Shown: piece after piece, positions 28,097-40,491 of the stretch | Numbering within the stretch: the stretch's first letter is position 1 | How the letters are laid out: each line of letters starts with the position of its first letter | Origin: Octopus sinensis | Taxonomy: Eukaryota | Assembly: GCF_006345805.1 (NCBI RefSeq) | Contig: NC_042998.1 | Coordinates: 73,904,001-73,968,000, forward strand | Direction: 5' to 3' | Length of the DNA: 64,000 nucleotides | Notes under the pieces: generated by a model | What the model was told of the DNA's origin: nothing | What the model saw: only the letters and a program-made list of their open reading frames with translations | Database searches by the model: none | Translations under genes and position numbers: made by a program

Positions 28097-28389
28097 TACA
28101 CACACCACATACACACACACATACATACATACACACAACATACATACATACATATACATACATACATACATATACATACATACATACACACACACACATA
28201 CACACACACAGTATTGAAGCTTGAGAACAATCAGATACATTTGCAACACATCTGTTGAAAATATTATTGTTCACACACATACATATACATATATACATAC
28301 AGACAGACAGACAGATAGACACACACACACACACATGATCCAGCATGGCCACAACCTCAAGGCTGAAACATATAAAAGAATAACAGAAT

Positions 28390-28745
28390 ATAATGTGTGC
28401 AAAGTACAAGAAATATTAATGCAGTATATGGTGATTGGACAATAAGCGTAAGGCAGTGTCAATGGTGGTTCCAGAAATCCCGAGCCATAAACTACAGCCT
28501 AGAAGACGAGCCTCATCCTGAAAGATCTGTAGAACTCGACAAGGACATCCTGAAAACCCTGGTGGAACAAAATCTCATCGTAACTGTTGAGGAACTAGCA
28601 GAGAAGCTTGGATTTGGTCATTCAACCATTCATTAAGACCTGTGTGCTATCGGAAAAGTCAGCAAATTGGGTCAATGGGTTCCTCACGAACTTTCCGAGT
28701 CTAATTGCATGCAGAGAGTGAATGTATGCTTTTCTTTGCTGTCAC
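28390..28745 (+). pseudogene. Mariner transposase N-terminal (HTH) fragment
   Basis: RNINAVYGD.TISVRQCQWWFQK..NYSLEDEP..TVEELAEKLG..HSTIH*DL.AIGKVSKLGQWVPHELSE. Confidence 0.85.
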
Positions 28746-28771
28746 ATCTCACCACTACTGCGCTATGTATA

Positions 28772-29405
28772 TCTATATATATAAAACTGTAGTTGTGTGA
28801 GTGTCTGTCCCCTTCGATTTAGATTCCTAACTACTCCCACATTTTGCGGTGCAGTTTAACCAAATTCGGGTAGCTTATAGTCGTGATTCATATCGAGCCC
28901 GTCTGAATATTAGCGCGCTCTACGATGAGTCTACGATTTAAAAATAATTTAACATCATTTTTTATTCCATTTTAATGCATAATTTTTCGTGTGTCGATGG
29001 CGGCGGAGTTGGCGTCCACGCTCACACCTCCACCTGTGGGAAGGGAGTGTAAGGAAATCAACGTCGTAATGCGTTGTCAAGGAGACCAGTGTTCTTTTAG
29101 AACAACGACTTCATGGCTTGAAGACACCAAAACAGAAATGGCTAAGAAAGCGTCTACATGAGTCTACGATTTAAAAAAAAATTTACCATCGTTTTTTTTC
29201 CATTTTAATGCATTTTTTCGCTATTATATAAGGGAAGTAACTCTCTAAAAATGTCTACGATGAGTCAACGATTTTTACAAAAATTTACCATCATATTTTT
29301 TCCATTTTTAATGCATTTTTTGCTATTTTTTTGCTATAACTCTCTAAAAATGCTTATATAGTTATTTCCCTTACAAACCCGAGCAACGCCGGGCGATACT
29401 GCTAG
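28772..29405 (+). mobile_element. Non-autonomous Helitron (inner unit)
   Basis: A|TCTATATATATAAAACTG start; CCCGAGCAACGCCGGG hairpin (29378-29393); CTAG|T; three internal TCTAC..ATGAGTC.ACGATTT repeats. Confidence 0.85.
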
Positions 29406-29459
29406 TAGATAAATAAATAGAGACAGGCAGACAGGCAGGCAAGCAGACAGAGAGAGACA

Positions 29460-29730
<271 letters not shown>

Positions 29731-30086
29731 TCCATCTAGACATAATTGTCTAATTGGATGGATAGACATGTATGTATACTAAGGCATGTTGACATCGTGT
29801 GAAAGTACATAAACGAGAGAGAGAGGAGAGAAGAGAGAAAGAGAGTAACTTGCTATCAGCACAGCACACACATTGTCTCATTCTTTTACTTAATTTGCAT
29901 TAATCACTGAGATATTAATGAACAAAACAGTGACTGTTGTTTATCAAATCTTCCATATGTAGCAGTAACTGTCTTTCTGCTTCTCTCTTCTTTTCTCTCG
30001 CTCCCTCTGTCTCTCAATCTCTCTCCTCTCTTTCTATGTATTGTATATAATATATATATATTATATATATATATTATATATATATA

Positions 30087-30504
30087 TACTCTTTTACTCT
30101 TTTACTCTTTTACTTGTTTCAGTCATTTGACTGCGGCCATGCTGGAGCACCGCCTTTAGTCGAGCAAATCGACCCCGGGACTTATTCTTTGTAAGCCCAG
30201 TACTTATTCTATCGGTCTCTTTTGCCGAACCGCTAAGTGACGGGGACGTAAGCACACCAGCATCGGTTGTCAAGCAATGCTAGGGGGACAAACACAGACA
30301 CACAAACATATACACACACACTTATATATATATACATATATACAACAGGCTTCTTTCAGTTTCCGTCTACCAAATCCACTCACAAGGCATTGGTCGGCCC
30401 GGGGCTATAGCAGAAGACACTTGCCAAGATGCCACGCAGTGGGACTCAACCCTGAACCATGTGGTTGGTTAGCAAGCTACTTACCACACAGCCACTCCTG
30501 CGCC
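30087..30504 (-). mobile_element. SINE group S1, near full length
   Basis: (TACTCTTT)n tail to CACACAGCCACTCCTGCGCC head. Confidence 0.9.
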
Positions 30505-30527
<23 letters not shown>

Positions 30528-30535
<8 letters not shown>

Positions 30536-30790
30536 ATCACGTAACCAACCAGACCATCAGCTGTTGCTACACATCGCTGGTCACAATGCGTTCGCATTGT
30601 TTTAGCCTTCGAATGACGCCACCCCGCTGGCTAAGCGAACAGGCCTACAGAAGAAAGAGTGAGAGAAACAGTGGTGAAAGAGTACAGCAGGGATTACCAC
30701 CCCCTGCCGGAGCCTCGTGGAGCTTTTAGGTGTTTTCGCTCAATAAACACACACAACGCCCGGTCTGGGAATCGAAACCACGATCCTACG
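30528..30790 (-). mobile_element. SINE group S3 with RTE-derived 3' tail
   Basis: B-box GGAATCGAAACC; body as at 20200-20310; tail GGTCACAATGCG shared with the LINE end at 3495-3530. Confidence 0.8.
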
Positions 30791-30802
30791 ATATATATAT
30801 AT

Positions 30803-31045
30803 ATTTCTTTACTACCCACAAGAGGCTAAACACAGGGGGGACAAACAAGGACAGACAAACGGATTAAGTCGATTACATCGATCCCCAGTGCGTAACTGGT
30901 ACTTAATTTATCGACCCCGAAAGGATGAAAAGCAAAGTCGACCTCGGCGGAATTTGAACCCAGAACGTAACGGCAGACGAAATACGGCTACGCATTTCGC
31001 CCGGCGTGCTAACGTTTCTGCCAACTCACCGCCTTTCTATGTATA
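30803..31045 (-). mobile_element. SINE group S2, full length
   Basis: Head CTGCCAACTCACCGCC (reverse complement), B-box GGAATTTGAAC, tail TTTCTTTACTACCCAC. Confidence 0.9.
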
Positions 31046-31546
31046 TGTGTGTGTGTGTGTGTGTGTTTGTGTGCAAGTGGTATACCTGATGTTAATGATA
31101 ATTCTTTCTAACATTTGCACAAAACTTGAAATTATGAGGACTTCCGTACTCAACTGGAACTTATATTTTTTCATCTTGAAAGGATGAAAAGCAAAGCCGA
31201 CCTCGGCGACCCTAACGAACCTGCCGTAACTAGTGTTGTCCTTCAGTTTTTTTTTCTACAGACTAAAGGGAAACCAATATATTTTACCCACGACATCTAT
31301 TTACACAAAAGGGGTCACCTTTCTCTAATCCTTTTCCCACGAAGTGCAAAACTTCATGCACCCTTGAGCTCAAAGCAAATCAGAATCGATTCTGATTTTT
31401 CGTAAATTATATCTATTATTTTGAATCGTACTGCAAAAATGTGTATTAAATTGTTTATCTTTTACTGTACTGGATTTTATCTTACCGACTTCCAGTTTCA
31501 AATCCTACCGAATTGCCTTTCATCCCTTCGGAAGTCGGTAAGATAA

Positions 31547-31706
31547 GGAGCGGCTGTGTGGTAAGTAGCTTGCTTACCAACCACATGGCTCCGGGTTAAA
31601 TCCCGCTGCGTGGCACCTTGGGCAAGTATCTTCTACTATTATAGCCTCGAGCCGACCAAAGCCTTGTGAGTGGATTTGGTAGACGGAAACTGAAAGAAGC
31701 CCGTCG

Positions 31707-31761
<55 letters not shown>

Positions 31762-31985
31762 GTGTGTGTGTGTGTTTGTGTGTCTGTGTTTGTTCCCCCA
31801 ACATTGCTTGGCAACCGATGTTGGTGTGTTTACGTCCCCGTAACTTAGCGGTTCGGCAAAAGAGAAGGATAGAATAAGTACTGGGCTTACAAAGAATAGG
31901 TCCCGGGGTCGATTTCCTCGACTAACGGTGGAACTCCAGCATGGCCGCAGTCAAGTGACTGAAACAAGTAAAAGAGTAAAAGAGT
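31547..31985 (+). mobile_element. SINE group S1, near full length
   Basis: Head, central (TG)n and AAAAGAGT tail. Confidence 0.9.
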
Positions 31986-32256
31986 CATTAATTCAGTTGA
32001 ATTTTGCATTTAAACAAGTATGAATTGCTGCAGTTGGGACGCTTTCATTCTTCTCACGTGAATAAAAAATTACTGAACTTGCTAAAAAAAAAAGATGATC
32101 TCATTTATAAAATTTGGGAAGTAAACGCTAGCACCATGAAAAAAAAAACAGGCAGAGATTGCCACCGTCGGAAAAATTCGATTCTTACTAAGGTAGAAAA
32201 AGATAATTTCATAAAAACACGTAACTGACAGCTGGAAGCCTTTTCGTTCTTACAAA

Positions 32257-32646
32257 TCTATATATATAAAGCTGAAGTTATCTGTGTATGGCAGGTTTGG
32301 TAGCCTTCAACTAACACTATCTCCTCCGAGACCCTGTGGCGTAAGTTGACCAAAATTGAGAGTATGATAGAAGAAGGCTGGCTCTTCATTCCGTAGAAGA
32401 AAAAATTCAAATCGGACCATGTTAACACCAAAACTTATTTACATCAAAAAGGTGCTTTTTTTCTATGAAAATCCCTATTTTTTACGATTTTTTGACTGCT
32501 GTGTCGCCATTTTTCGGTGTATTTCAACCAGAAAATTTTTCACTTAAAGAGAATAACAAGATACATAATGCAAAATATTTACTTTTCAAAAATTCCAATT
32601 CTAAAGGGTCGAAACAAACCCAAGCAACGCCGGATGATACTGCTAA
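32257..32646 (+). mobile_element. Non-autonomous Helitron
   Basis: A|TCTATATATATAAAGCTG start; CCCAAGCAACGCCGGA relic hairpin; CTAA|T end (CTRR). Confidence 0.8.
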
Positions 32647-32669
32647 TATTTAATAAATTGGCATCAAAT

Positions 32670-32875
32670 TTTGGCACAAGGCCAACAATTTTGAGAACGG
32701 GAGTATGTCGATCGTATCGATATCAGCGCTCAACTGATAGTAATTTTAACGACACCGAAGGGATGAAAAGCAAAGTCGACATCGGGGGAACCGGAAATTA
32801 GGACATCAAAACTGACGAAATTCCGCTGAACATTTTACCCGACGTACTAACGATTCTGACAACTCGCTGCCTTAC
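32670..32875 (-). mobile_element. SINE group S2, degraded
   Basis: GGATGAAAAGCAAAGTCGAC core and head similarity. Confidence 0.7.
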
Positions 32876-33606
32876 ATATTATTTAATAAATTAATAAATA
32901 CAGTAATTTCTAGTTCTTTATTGGCGTGAACTTTGAAGTTTGTGTATATGCATATGCAAAAGAACAAAGTGAATCAGAGTGAATTGTAGTGGAGCTTGCA
33001 AAACATCCGTTTCGGTCTTTTATGTAAAAGATAGAAGCAAATGACAACCAAAACACTTTGTATTTAGCATAATCGTTTGATACTGCTGCATGTTAGTACA
33101 GTCTTGTTTCCCGTGCTTTAGTCGATATTCTATGTAGTCCTGTGTATCTGTATTTACAGTTCTGCTGTTTGAAAAAACAAAAATCTTTTTACGTTATAGT
33201 GAGAAATATTAGCTACTGGGTGTTCAATCTTGTGTCATGATACTGAAATTTTTCATTTAAAGAATTTCATTACAACGAAACTCATTTGGTGTTGTTTAAA
33301 TAGCATTATGAGCCGCTCTCCTTAACATTTTTAATGTATAAACAAACGTAAGACTGAGACAGCTACTTTAGTTTGTTTCAAAGAAACTTCCCTTAAGAGA
33401 GTTAGCGTCTTGAAAATACGGAAATCGCTCAGAATTACACGAATTGAGCCTCAGCCACCGTTTTTTTTTTGGGGGGGGGGGTTGCCTGATTTCTCTTTTT
33501 CAGAGGCGGACACTCCCTAACATTCTATGCTACTCGGAATATTCGTTCTAACATAGAAAGCAGTAACGAAAACATTTCATATGTGTACATATATTTATAT
33601 ATCGCT

Positions 33607-33942
33607 GAGATCCCCTTCGGTCATGACTGACCATGGGATTGCACCTAGAAAGTTACCCTCCCAGGCACAAGTCCGGGCAAGATTGTTTATGGAAGACCAG
33701 CAGTTGTCCATGCATACCGGCCTCCACTCTCCACGCCAACAGTGTTATCCAAGGGAAAAGCAAAGGCCGATACAGCTTGGCACTTGTGATGTCGCAACAC
33801 ATTTCTACAGCTGAGTGAACTGGAGCAACGTGAAATAAAGTGTCTTGCTCAAGAACACAACACGCAGCCCGATCCGGGATTCGAACTCACAACCTCACGA
33901 TCGTAAGGTCGACGCTCTAACCACTAAGCCATGCGGCTTCAC
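33607..33942 (-). mobile_element. SINE group S3 with the tail shared with 20470-20650
   Basis: Head CCACTAAGCCATGCGGCTTCAC, B-box GATTCGAACTC, core, tail GCACCTAGAAAGTTACCCTC. Confidence 0.85.
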
Positions 33943-33958
33943 ACACACACACACACAC

Positions 33959-34023
<65 letters not shown>

Positions 34024-34839
34024 TGTATGCATATTTATAAACATATTAATGCACACACACACATACGTGTATATAAACTATGCTCATGTATTTGTGTGCA
34101 CACTTACATGTGCGAATGTGTACTACAATACTTGTTCTGTACAGTGATTTCTTTACAATTCCCTACATCGTCTTATTCAGTGAAAACGTTCTTTATAATG
34201 ATCAAAAACTAAAACTTTATTATGAAGTTTCCCAACGAAAATAATAAAATTACTGCTGTACACCTTGCAACAATATACATGTCAACATGTCACAATTTTT
34301 CTCTTTTAAATGTAGTAGCTTCATGCCTAGATGAGAATTTATGATGTAGCTCGGTGAGAGGGTCGTTTCTATTTTGATGTCTTCTGTATAAACAAAGTTG
34401 GATGTTGCAATCCGTCGAGACCTGGAAACTTCTCACATTTACAACAGGTTCACTCGAGTCCAGATAACAATAATTAGGATTCTGTCCAAAATGTCAATAT
34501 TCTGATTCAAACCGGTGTTACAGAGGATGTAGGTAGAGAAACTACAGCGATAATGCATCTACATACCTATACATACAAACATATAGATGTATATATATGT
34601 AGCGTATATCGGACGTACATATATGTATGTATGATTCACTAGTTCTATAGGCCTGTGTATTTCAGTACACTAAACATACACTGAATAAAGAACTCAATTG
34701 TTGCTTGTGGTAAATCGAAATATTATTTATGAATAGTCGCCGTATATTTAGCTAGTGTCAGAAAAAAAAATCGAAGTAAAACTGTCACCATTTACAATAT
34801 ATATAAATGTACTCTTGACTGTGTATGTATGCATGCATT

Positions 34840-34912
<73 letters not shown>

Positions 34913-35014
34913 TACATATATATATATATACATACATATATATACATATATAAATACATATATGCGTGTATATATATATAACTATATATATATACATATA
35001 TATATATTCATGTG

Positions 35015-35060
<46 letters not shown>

Positions 35061-35102
35061 TTTTATATATATACTTTATATATATACTTATATATATTTT
35101 TT

Positions 35103-35422
35103 TCTTTCTCTTTTTTGACTGCGGCCATGCTGGAGCACCGCCTTTAGTCGAGCAAATCGACCCCGGGACCTATTCTTTGTAAGCCCAGTATTTATTCTAT
35201 CGTCTCTTTTGCCGAACCGCTAAGTGGCGGGGACGTGAACACACCAGCATCGGTTGTCAAGCAATGCTAGAGGGACAAACAAACAAACATATACACGCAC
35301 ATACATATTTACGACAGGCTTCTTTCAGTTTCCGCCTACCAAATCCACTCACAAGGCTTTGGTCGGCCCGAGGCTATAGCAGAGGACACTTGCCCAAGAT
35401 GCCACGCAGTGGGACTGAACCC

Positions 35423-35425
<3 letters not shown>
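35103..35425 (-). mobile_element. SINE group S1 (head truncated by (TA)n)
   Basis: Body nearly identical to 30087-30504. Confidence 0.85.
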
Positions 35426-35490
<65 letters not shown>

Positions 35491-35636
35491 CATACATATA
35501 TATATATATAATATATATATATATATACATACATATATATATATATATATACATATATAATATACATACATATATATATACATACATACATACATACATA
35601 CATACATACATACATACATACATACATACATACATA

Positions 35637-36629
35637 CAGGAGTTGGACAAAATAATAGAATTCATTAACATAATGCCATTCAGTAACAACTTTAGCTGTG
35701 TGAATTGGTGCACTATCATCCTGAAAGAACGTTTCCCTCCGGAAACAGTTCCGCAACCATAGGATGAATTTGATTAGTTAAAATGCTTAAATAGTCTTGA
35801 CTATTAATTCTACCATGAAGGGAAGCCATTGGACCGGCTGATTTCCAAGATATAGCCCCCATCCCCACCCAGATCATCACAGATACTCCTCCATGTTTAA
35901 CTGTTGGAAGAAGGCAGTCTGGATCAAATGGTTCTTTTGGCTCTTTCCGAGCATATACTCGGCTGGTGGTCGGCAATAAGGTAAAGGATGACTCGTCCGA
36001 GAAAATAACATTCCTCCACTGTTCTAGAGACCAATTCTGTAGGTTTTTACTCCACACTAAACGCTTCCCAACGTTTGTTTTTGAAAGTAGTGGTTTTCTC
36101 ATTGTAGCTCTCCTTTGAAATCCGGTTTTGTGCACCAGCTACCGGCGAAATTTTTGTGGAAACTGGATTCTCAAGGTGACGCTTAAGCAGTGCAGAAATT
36201 TTGGGAGCTGTACTTTTGTGATTCTTTCTAAGAGTCCGACAGTCCCTACCTGAAAATTTTGGTTTTCTTCCGGAGTTTTGTTTAGACGAGGAGGTTTTTC
36301 TCTCTTTCTCAAAGTCTGTCATTTCTTTCGAGACAGTACTTCTTGATACGCCAAATATTTCGACTGTTTTTGTTATGCTTGCGCCTGCCATACCAGCACC
36401 AACAATTTGACCTCTTTGAAAGTCCGATAGATCTGTCACTTTAATGAATTTTGATTAGCTTTTTCTGGTGTTGTCTGATAAGAAACAGCAATTTTAGCAA
36501 AACATATTAAGCAACACTAATAATAAATCAAAAACAAAAATAAACAAGCTTTTATTGTTATTTTTATAGATATTTTTATAGATATTTCAAAATTATGATG
36601 CTAGGCGTTTCCATTATTTTGTCCAACCC

Positions 36630-36632
<3 letters not shown>
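35637..36632 (-). mobile_element. Tc1-like transposon, internally deleted
   Basis: TA TSDs (35635-36 and 36633-34); 24-bp TIRs CAGG(A/G)GTTGGACAAAATAAT(A/G)GAA. Confidence 0.92.
35680..36439 (-). pseudogene. Tc1 transposase pseudogene (frameshifts; third catalytic residue region deleted)
   Basis: MTDLSDFQRGQIVG..SGRKPK; VIFSDESSF; TVKHGG.SVMIW; FQDDSAPIHTA; then an abrupt join to the TIR with no SPDLNPIE. Confidence 0.9.
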
Positions 36633-36675
<43 letters not shown>

Positions 36676-36841
36676 TATATATATATACGGGGTGGGGTGA
36701 TTGTGTATAGAAGAATATATTAATAAAAGGATTTCCAAGCTTGTCTGATTTTCACGTTTTATTTACAATCTTATAATGATATAATATAAGATAATATAAT
36801 ATAATAAAATAAAATAAAATAATAGAATGTTAAATGTTGAT

Positions 36842-36886
36842 TGAACTAGTACTTTCATGCATTAAATTATGCAATCTTCAGGTTCA
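36842..36886 (-). ncRNA. Minimal type I hammerhead ribozyme (C3-G8, CUA triplet)
   Basis: UGAAC CUGAAGA UUGCAU-AAUUUA-AUGCAU GAAA GUAC U A / GUUCA. Stem III AGUACU is palindromic; U.U mismatch at the base of stem II. Confidence 0.85.
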
Positions 36887-36963
36887 TGTAGTAGTGGTGA
36901 CAGTCATGCTTCACAATTTCTGACTGTCAAAAATTGTGAAGCATGCCTGTCACCACTACTACA

Positions 36964-37008
36964 TGAACCTGAAGATTGCATAATTTAATGCATGAAAGTA
37001 CCAGTTCA
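36964..37008 (+). ncRNA. Mirror hammerhead copy with U16.1-to-C substitution (probably inactive)
   Basis: Same as 36842-36886 but GAAAGUACCA instead of GAAAGUACUA (position 37002). Confidence 0.75.
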
Positions 37009-37134
37009 ATCAGAATGAACATTTAACATTCTATTATTTTATTATAATATATTATCTTATATTATATCATTATAAGATTGTAAATAAAACGTGAAAATCA
37101 GACAAGGTTGGAATTCCTTTTATTAATATATAAA

Positions 37135-38422
37135 CGAGGGGCGTTCAATAAGTAATGCCCCTGACCCACTTCCCATACCAGTAGAGCAACGGAACTTGGC
37201 ACAGTTATTGGTCTTTTTCTACATAGGAACCACTCAGAGTTAGGCATTTCTCCCATCGTTTGATACAGCTCTGGAGACCGTTTTTGTAAAAGACCCCAGC
37301 TTGGTCTTCCATCCACGACGTGACTTTAGAAATCAAGGCTGCATCATCTGGGAAATGCTTTCCTTTCAAAAACAACTTCATGGCTGGGAAGAGGTGAAAA
37401 TCAGAGGATGCAAGGTCAGGAGAGTAGGGGGATGGGGGAGGAGTTCATAGCCGCACGCCTGTGCTTCTGATCTGGCGACACGCGAGTTGTGGACCGGAGC
37501 GTTGTCCTGCAGGAGGAGGATGCCTTCGCTGATCTTGCCCCGCCTTTGATTTTGATAGCTTCTCTTAATTTCCTCAAAAGTGAAGCATAATAGGCTCCTG
37601 TAATTGTGGTACCCTTTGCCAGGAAATCTGTCATCACTACTCCGTCCTGGTCCCAGAAGACTGTGAGCATGACCTTGCCAGCAGAGGGCTGCACCCTTGC
37701 CTTCTTTGGAGGAGGTGAGTCACGGTGCTTCCGCTGCATTGACTGGGCTTTGGTCTCTGGACCATAGTGATGGACCCAGGTTTCATCCTGTGTAATCAGT
37801 CTTTTGAAAAATTTGACTCATCTTCTTGGTACGTCTCCAAATTCATCCACGAGCATTCGACGCGTTCTTGCTTCTGGAAAGGTGTGAGCAACATGGGAAT
37901 CCATCAGGCAGACACCTTTTGCATATGCAAATTGTCATGAATGATAGTTTCCACTGACCCGGTACTAATCTTGACCTCATGGGCTATTTGGCGAATAGTT
38001 ATGCGTCGATCTTCCAAAATGGCAGCCTCAACTTGACGGACAGATGCCTCATCAATGGCAGAAGGGGGGCGACCAAATCTGGGAGCTGTTTCCACAGAGT
38101 TCCGACCATGTTTGAATTCACGATGCCAGTGTTTTACAAGGTCATATGGTGGGGCATCATCACCATAAGTTACTTTCATTTCATCAAAAGTCTCCCGTGG
38201 TGTGCGTCCTTTCAAATACAAAAACCGGATCACTGCTCGACACTCAACAGGCTCCATTTCACACTTGACTCAGTTCAAACACCTGTAAATCAGAAACTAT
38301 AATTAGTTCAGAGCTAATTTGCCACCTAATCTATAGAGATATAAGTAATTGCACATGCAAAATTTCAACTAGATCAAACACCTGGAAGTGGGTCAGAGGC
38401 ATTACTTATTGAACGTCCCTCG
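37135..38422 (-). mobile_element. Full-length mariner transposon (1288 bp)
   Basis: 39-bp TIRs CGAGGG(G/A)CGTTCAATAAGTAATGCC(C/T)CTGACCCACTTCC; TA on the right, AA on the left. Confidence 0.95.
37205..38257 (-). pseudogene. Mariner D,D34D transposase pseudogene
   Basis: MEPVECRAVIRFL; KVSA*WIP (CGA to TGA at 37904-37906); ITQDETWVHHY; QDNAPVH-(34)-YSPDLASSDFHLF; two 1-bp frameshifts near 37808 and 37545. Confidence 0.93.
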
Positions 38423-38462
38423 TATATATATATTGATAAAATCTCAATAAACCCATAATCAA

Positions 38463-38526
38463 AGTATAGTGGTAAGTATCCCCGCCTGTCACGCGGGAGA
38501 CCGTGGTTCGATTCCCCGCCGGGGAA
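38463..38526 (+). tRNA. tRNA-Asp: tRNA-Asp(GTC) pseudogene lacking the 5' acceptor strand
   Basis: AGTATAGTGGTAAGTATCCCCGCCTGTCACGCGGGAGACCGTGGTTCGATTCCCCGCCGGGGA matches metazoan tRNA-Asp positions 9-71; positions 1-8 are replaced by unrelated sequence; T-stem mismatch. Confidence 0.88.
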
Positions 38527-38529
38527 GCT

Positions 38530-38580
<51 letters not shown>

Positions 38581-38818
38581 TTATACATTTATATATAGAC
38601 ATGCATATACATACATGTGTGTGTGTGTGTGAAATTCTATAGATTTATACATAATCGCCTGAATACTGGAATCGAGAAAGTTGAAATAGTGAATTATAAA
38701 TTTTAGGCGTCGAATAAGTATTACACTACTTATTTTATTCCATACACCTCTTTTTTTATCTTATTGCCTACAGTAATATGTATACATCCTTTTATCTATA
38801 TATCTATCTAAATATACA

Positions 38819-38903
<85 letters not shown>

Positions 38904-39694
38904 TGTATGTATGTATGTATGTATGTATAATTGTATATATAATGTACGTAGAATTTATGTACGCACACACATAGGCACGCACACACATACACATTTATAA
39001 GGAAACTATGAACGTACGCATTAAGCCGTCATTAAGCCGTTCTAATTATTTTATCAACAAGCACCTGTGTATTTAAGCCATCTATTTTATATATTATTAA
39101 TGCAAGATTTTCTTTTAAATTATTAATATATAAATACCAAGTCTAACTTTGCAGATGCCAGCAAAATATATGTGAATAACCAAAGCAACAGATAATTTAT
39201 TACTATTATAAAAGCAAAACTTGCATAAATATATAAACAGCTACCTCAGTAGTCAAGAATTTCAAGTATTTTCATGAGATATATTTTAGAAATCGTTTGC
39301 AGTATTGCAATTGACTACATTAGTACTTCTTGGGTCATGTGTCACATATATTATACAGTGCCATTCATCAATGCCAGTAGCGCTTTTATTTGGCTTGCAC
39401 GCTTGAATCTATGTAGTAAAATTTGTTACAGTAGCATGATGGTTCTTTCTATTATTTTTACTATTCGAGGTTATTTGTGGAATATTAATGAAGACATAAA
39501 TTCTTGTGTTGAAGTACAAACTTCCTGTTAGCCAAATGGGACTTCCGGTTCAGCGTCCGCTAAAGTATTAAACGTTGTCCTGCCTATCTACTTAAATCTG
39601 ACCGAAGAACATGATTTATATTCGTGATTAACTTTCCAAATTTTAACTTACAACTGAAAGATCAAACATGCTAATTAAATTAACGGGCTAAATA

Positions 39695-39900
39695 AGGCGG
39701 TGAGTTGGCAGCAGCGATAGCACGTTGGGCGAAATGCTTAACTGCATTTCGTCCGTCTTCACGTTCTGAGTTCCACCGAAATCAACTTTGCTTTTCATTT
39801 TTTGGGGATCGATAAAATAAGTACCAGTTGAGCACTGGGGTCGATACAATTGATTTCTCCCTCCCCTGAACTTGCTGACCTTGTGCCAAAATCTGAAACC
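39695..39900 (+). mobile_element. SINE group S2
   Basis: GGCGGTGAGTTGGCAG head and core. Confidence 0.8.
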
Positions 39901-40302
39901 AAATTAAAGGGCTAAATACGTTTTATTATCAAATCTTCCCAAATTTAAGATATTGATTTATTTTAAGAAAAACAGAAAAAACGATTTCGATAATCAGCTG
40001 AGCTACAACAGAAATTTCGATTGAGCGTTGCAATAGAGTTAAAGCTCGTTATAGGGTTGAGTTAAAATGGAGAGGTCGAGTTAGAGTTGAAATAGGGTGC
40101 AGAGAGCAAGTTTTCTTATGAGTTAATCTTTGTATAGTTAATCATAGATAAATGCTAACGCTTTGTCATGGTTTCCAAATTTAGTGAGAACGAGTTATTC
40201 AGGGGACCTAACCCGGATCATTACAACACTGGGGTTGCCATTACTTTAAAATTACTCATTATTTACATTTGACGGATATTTGTCCTCATCTTGTTTGCTG
40301 TT

Positions 40303-40346
40303 AACACGTTTCGGCTGATATACCTTCCAGCCTTCATCAGGTGTCC
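40303..40346 (-). ncRNA. Hammerhead motif in the Penelope pseudo-LTR (3-nt deletion removes stem III/cleavage site)
   Basis: GGACAC CUGAUGA A GGCUG-GAAGGUAUAU-CAGCC GAAAC GUGUU. The sibling at 60881-60899 retains GAAAC GUU GUGUU. Confidence 0.8.
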
Positions 40347-40418
40347 TGGGGTAATTTTGAACCTGGATTCTCATTCCTAAAGCATTATTATTATTATTAT
40401 TATTATTATCATTATTCA

Positions 40419-40491
40419 GGTCACTGCCTGGAATCGAACTCGGAATCTTTGGATTAGTAGCCCGCGCTCTTAACAACTACGCCATATGCCC
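40419..40491 (-). promoter_or_regulatory. tRNA-like Pol III internal promoter (A-box/B-box) inside the Penelope 3' region
   Basis: GGGCATATGGCGTAGTTGTTAAG...GGGCTACTAATCCA...GAGTTCGATTCC...GTGACC; the anticodon arm resembles tRNA-Ser(GCT) by recall. Confidence 0.65.

Larger units (their letters stand above)
27556..29405 (+). mobile_element. Composite non-autonomous Helitron (two 5' ends, one 3' end) carrying captured DNA
   Basis: A|TCTCTTATTATAAAAGGCAG start and CTAG|T end. The joined flanks (GACAGACAAA|TAGATA) restore the interrupted minisatellite unit seen intact near 27405-27430. Confidence 0.7.
36715..37131. repeat. Fold-back palindrome (~205-bp arms) carrying two divergent hammerheads
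   Basis: Arms are reverse-complementary with a few substitutions and indels; apex near 36925. Confidence 0.95.

Noticed and set aside
27080-29320. CRISPR-like arrays among the spaced repeats
   Set aside because: Eukaryotic context, no cas genes, and the inter-repeat sequences are related rather than unique spacers.
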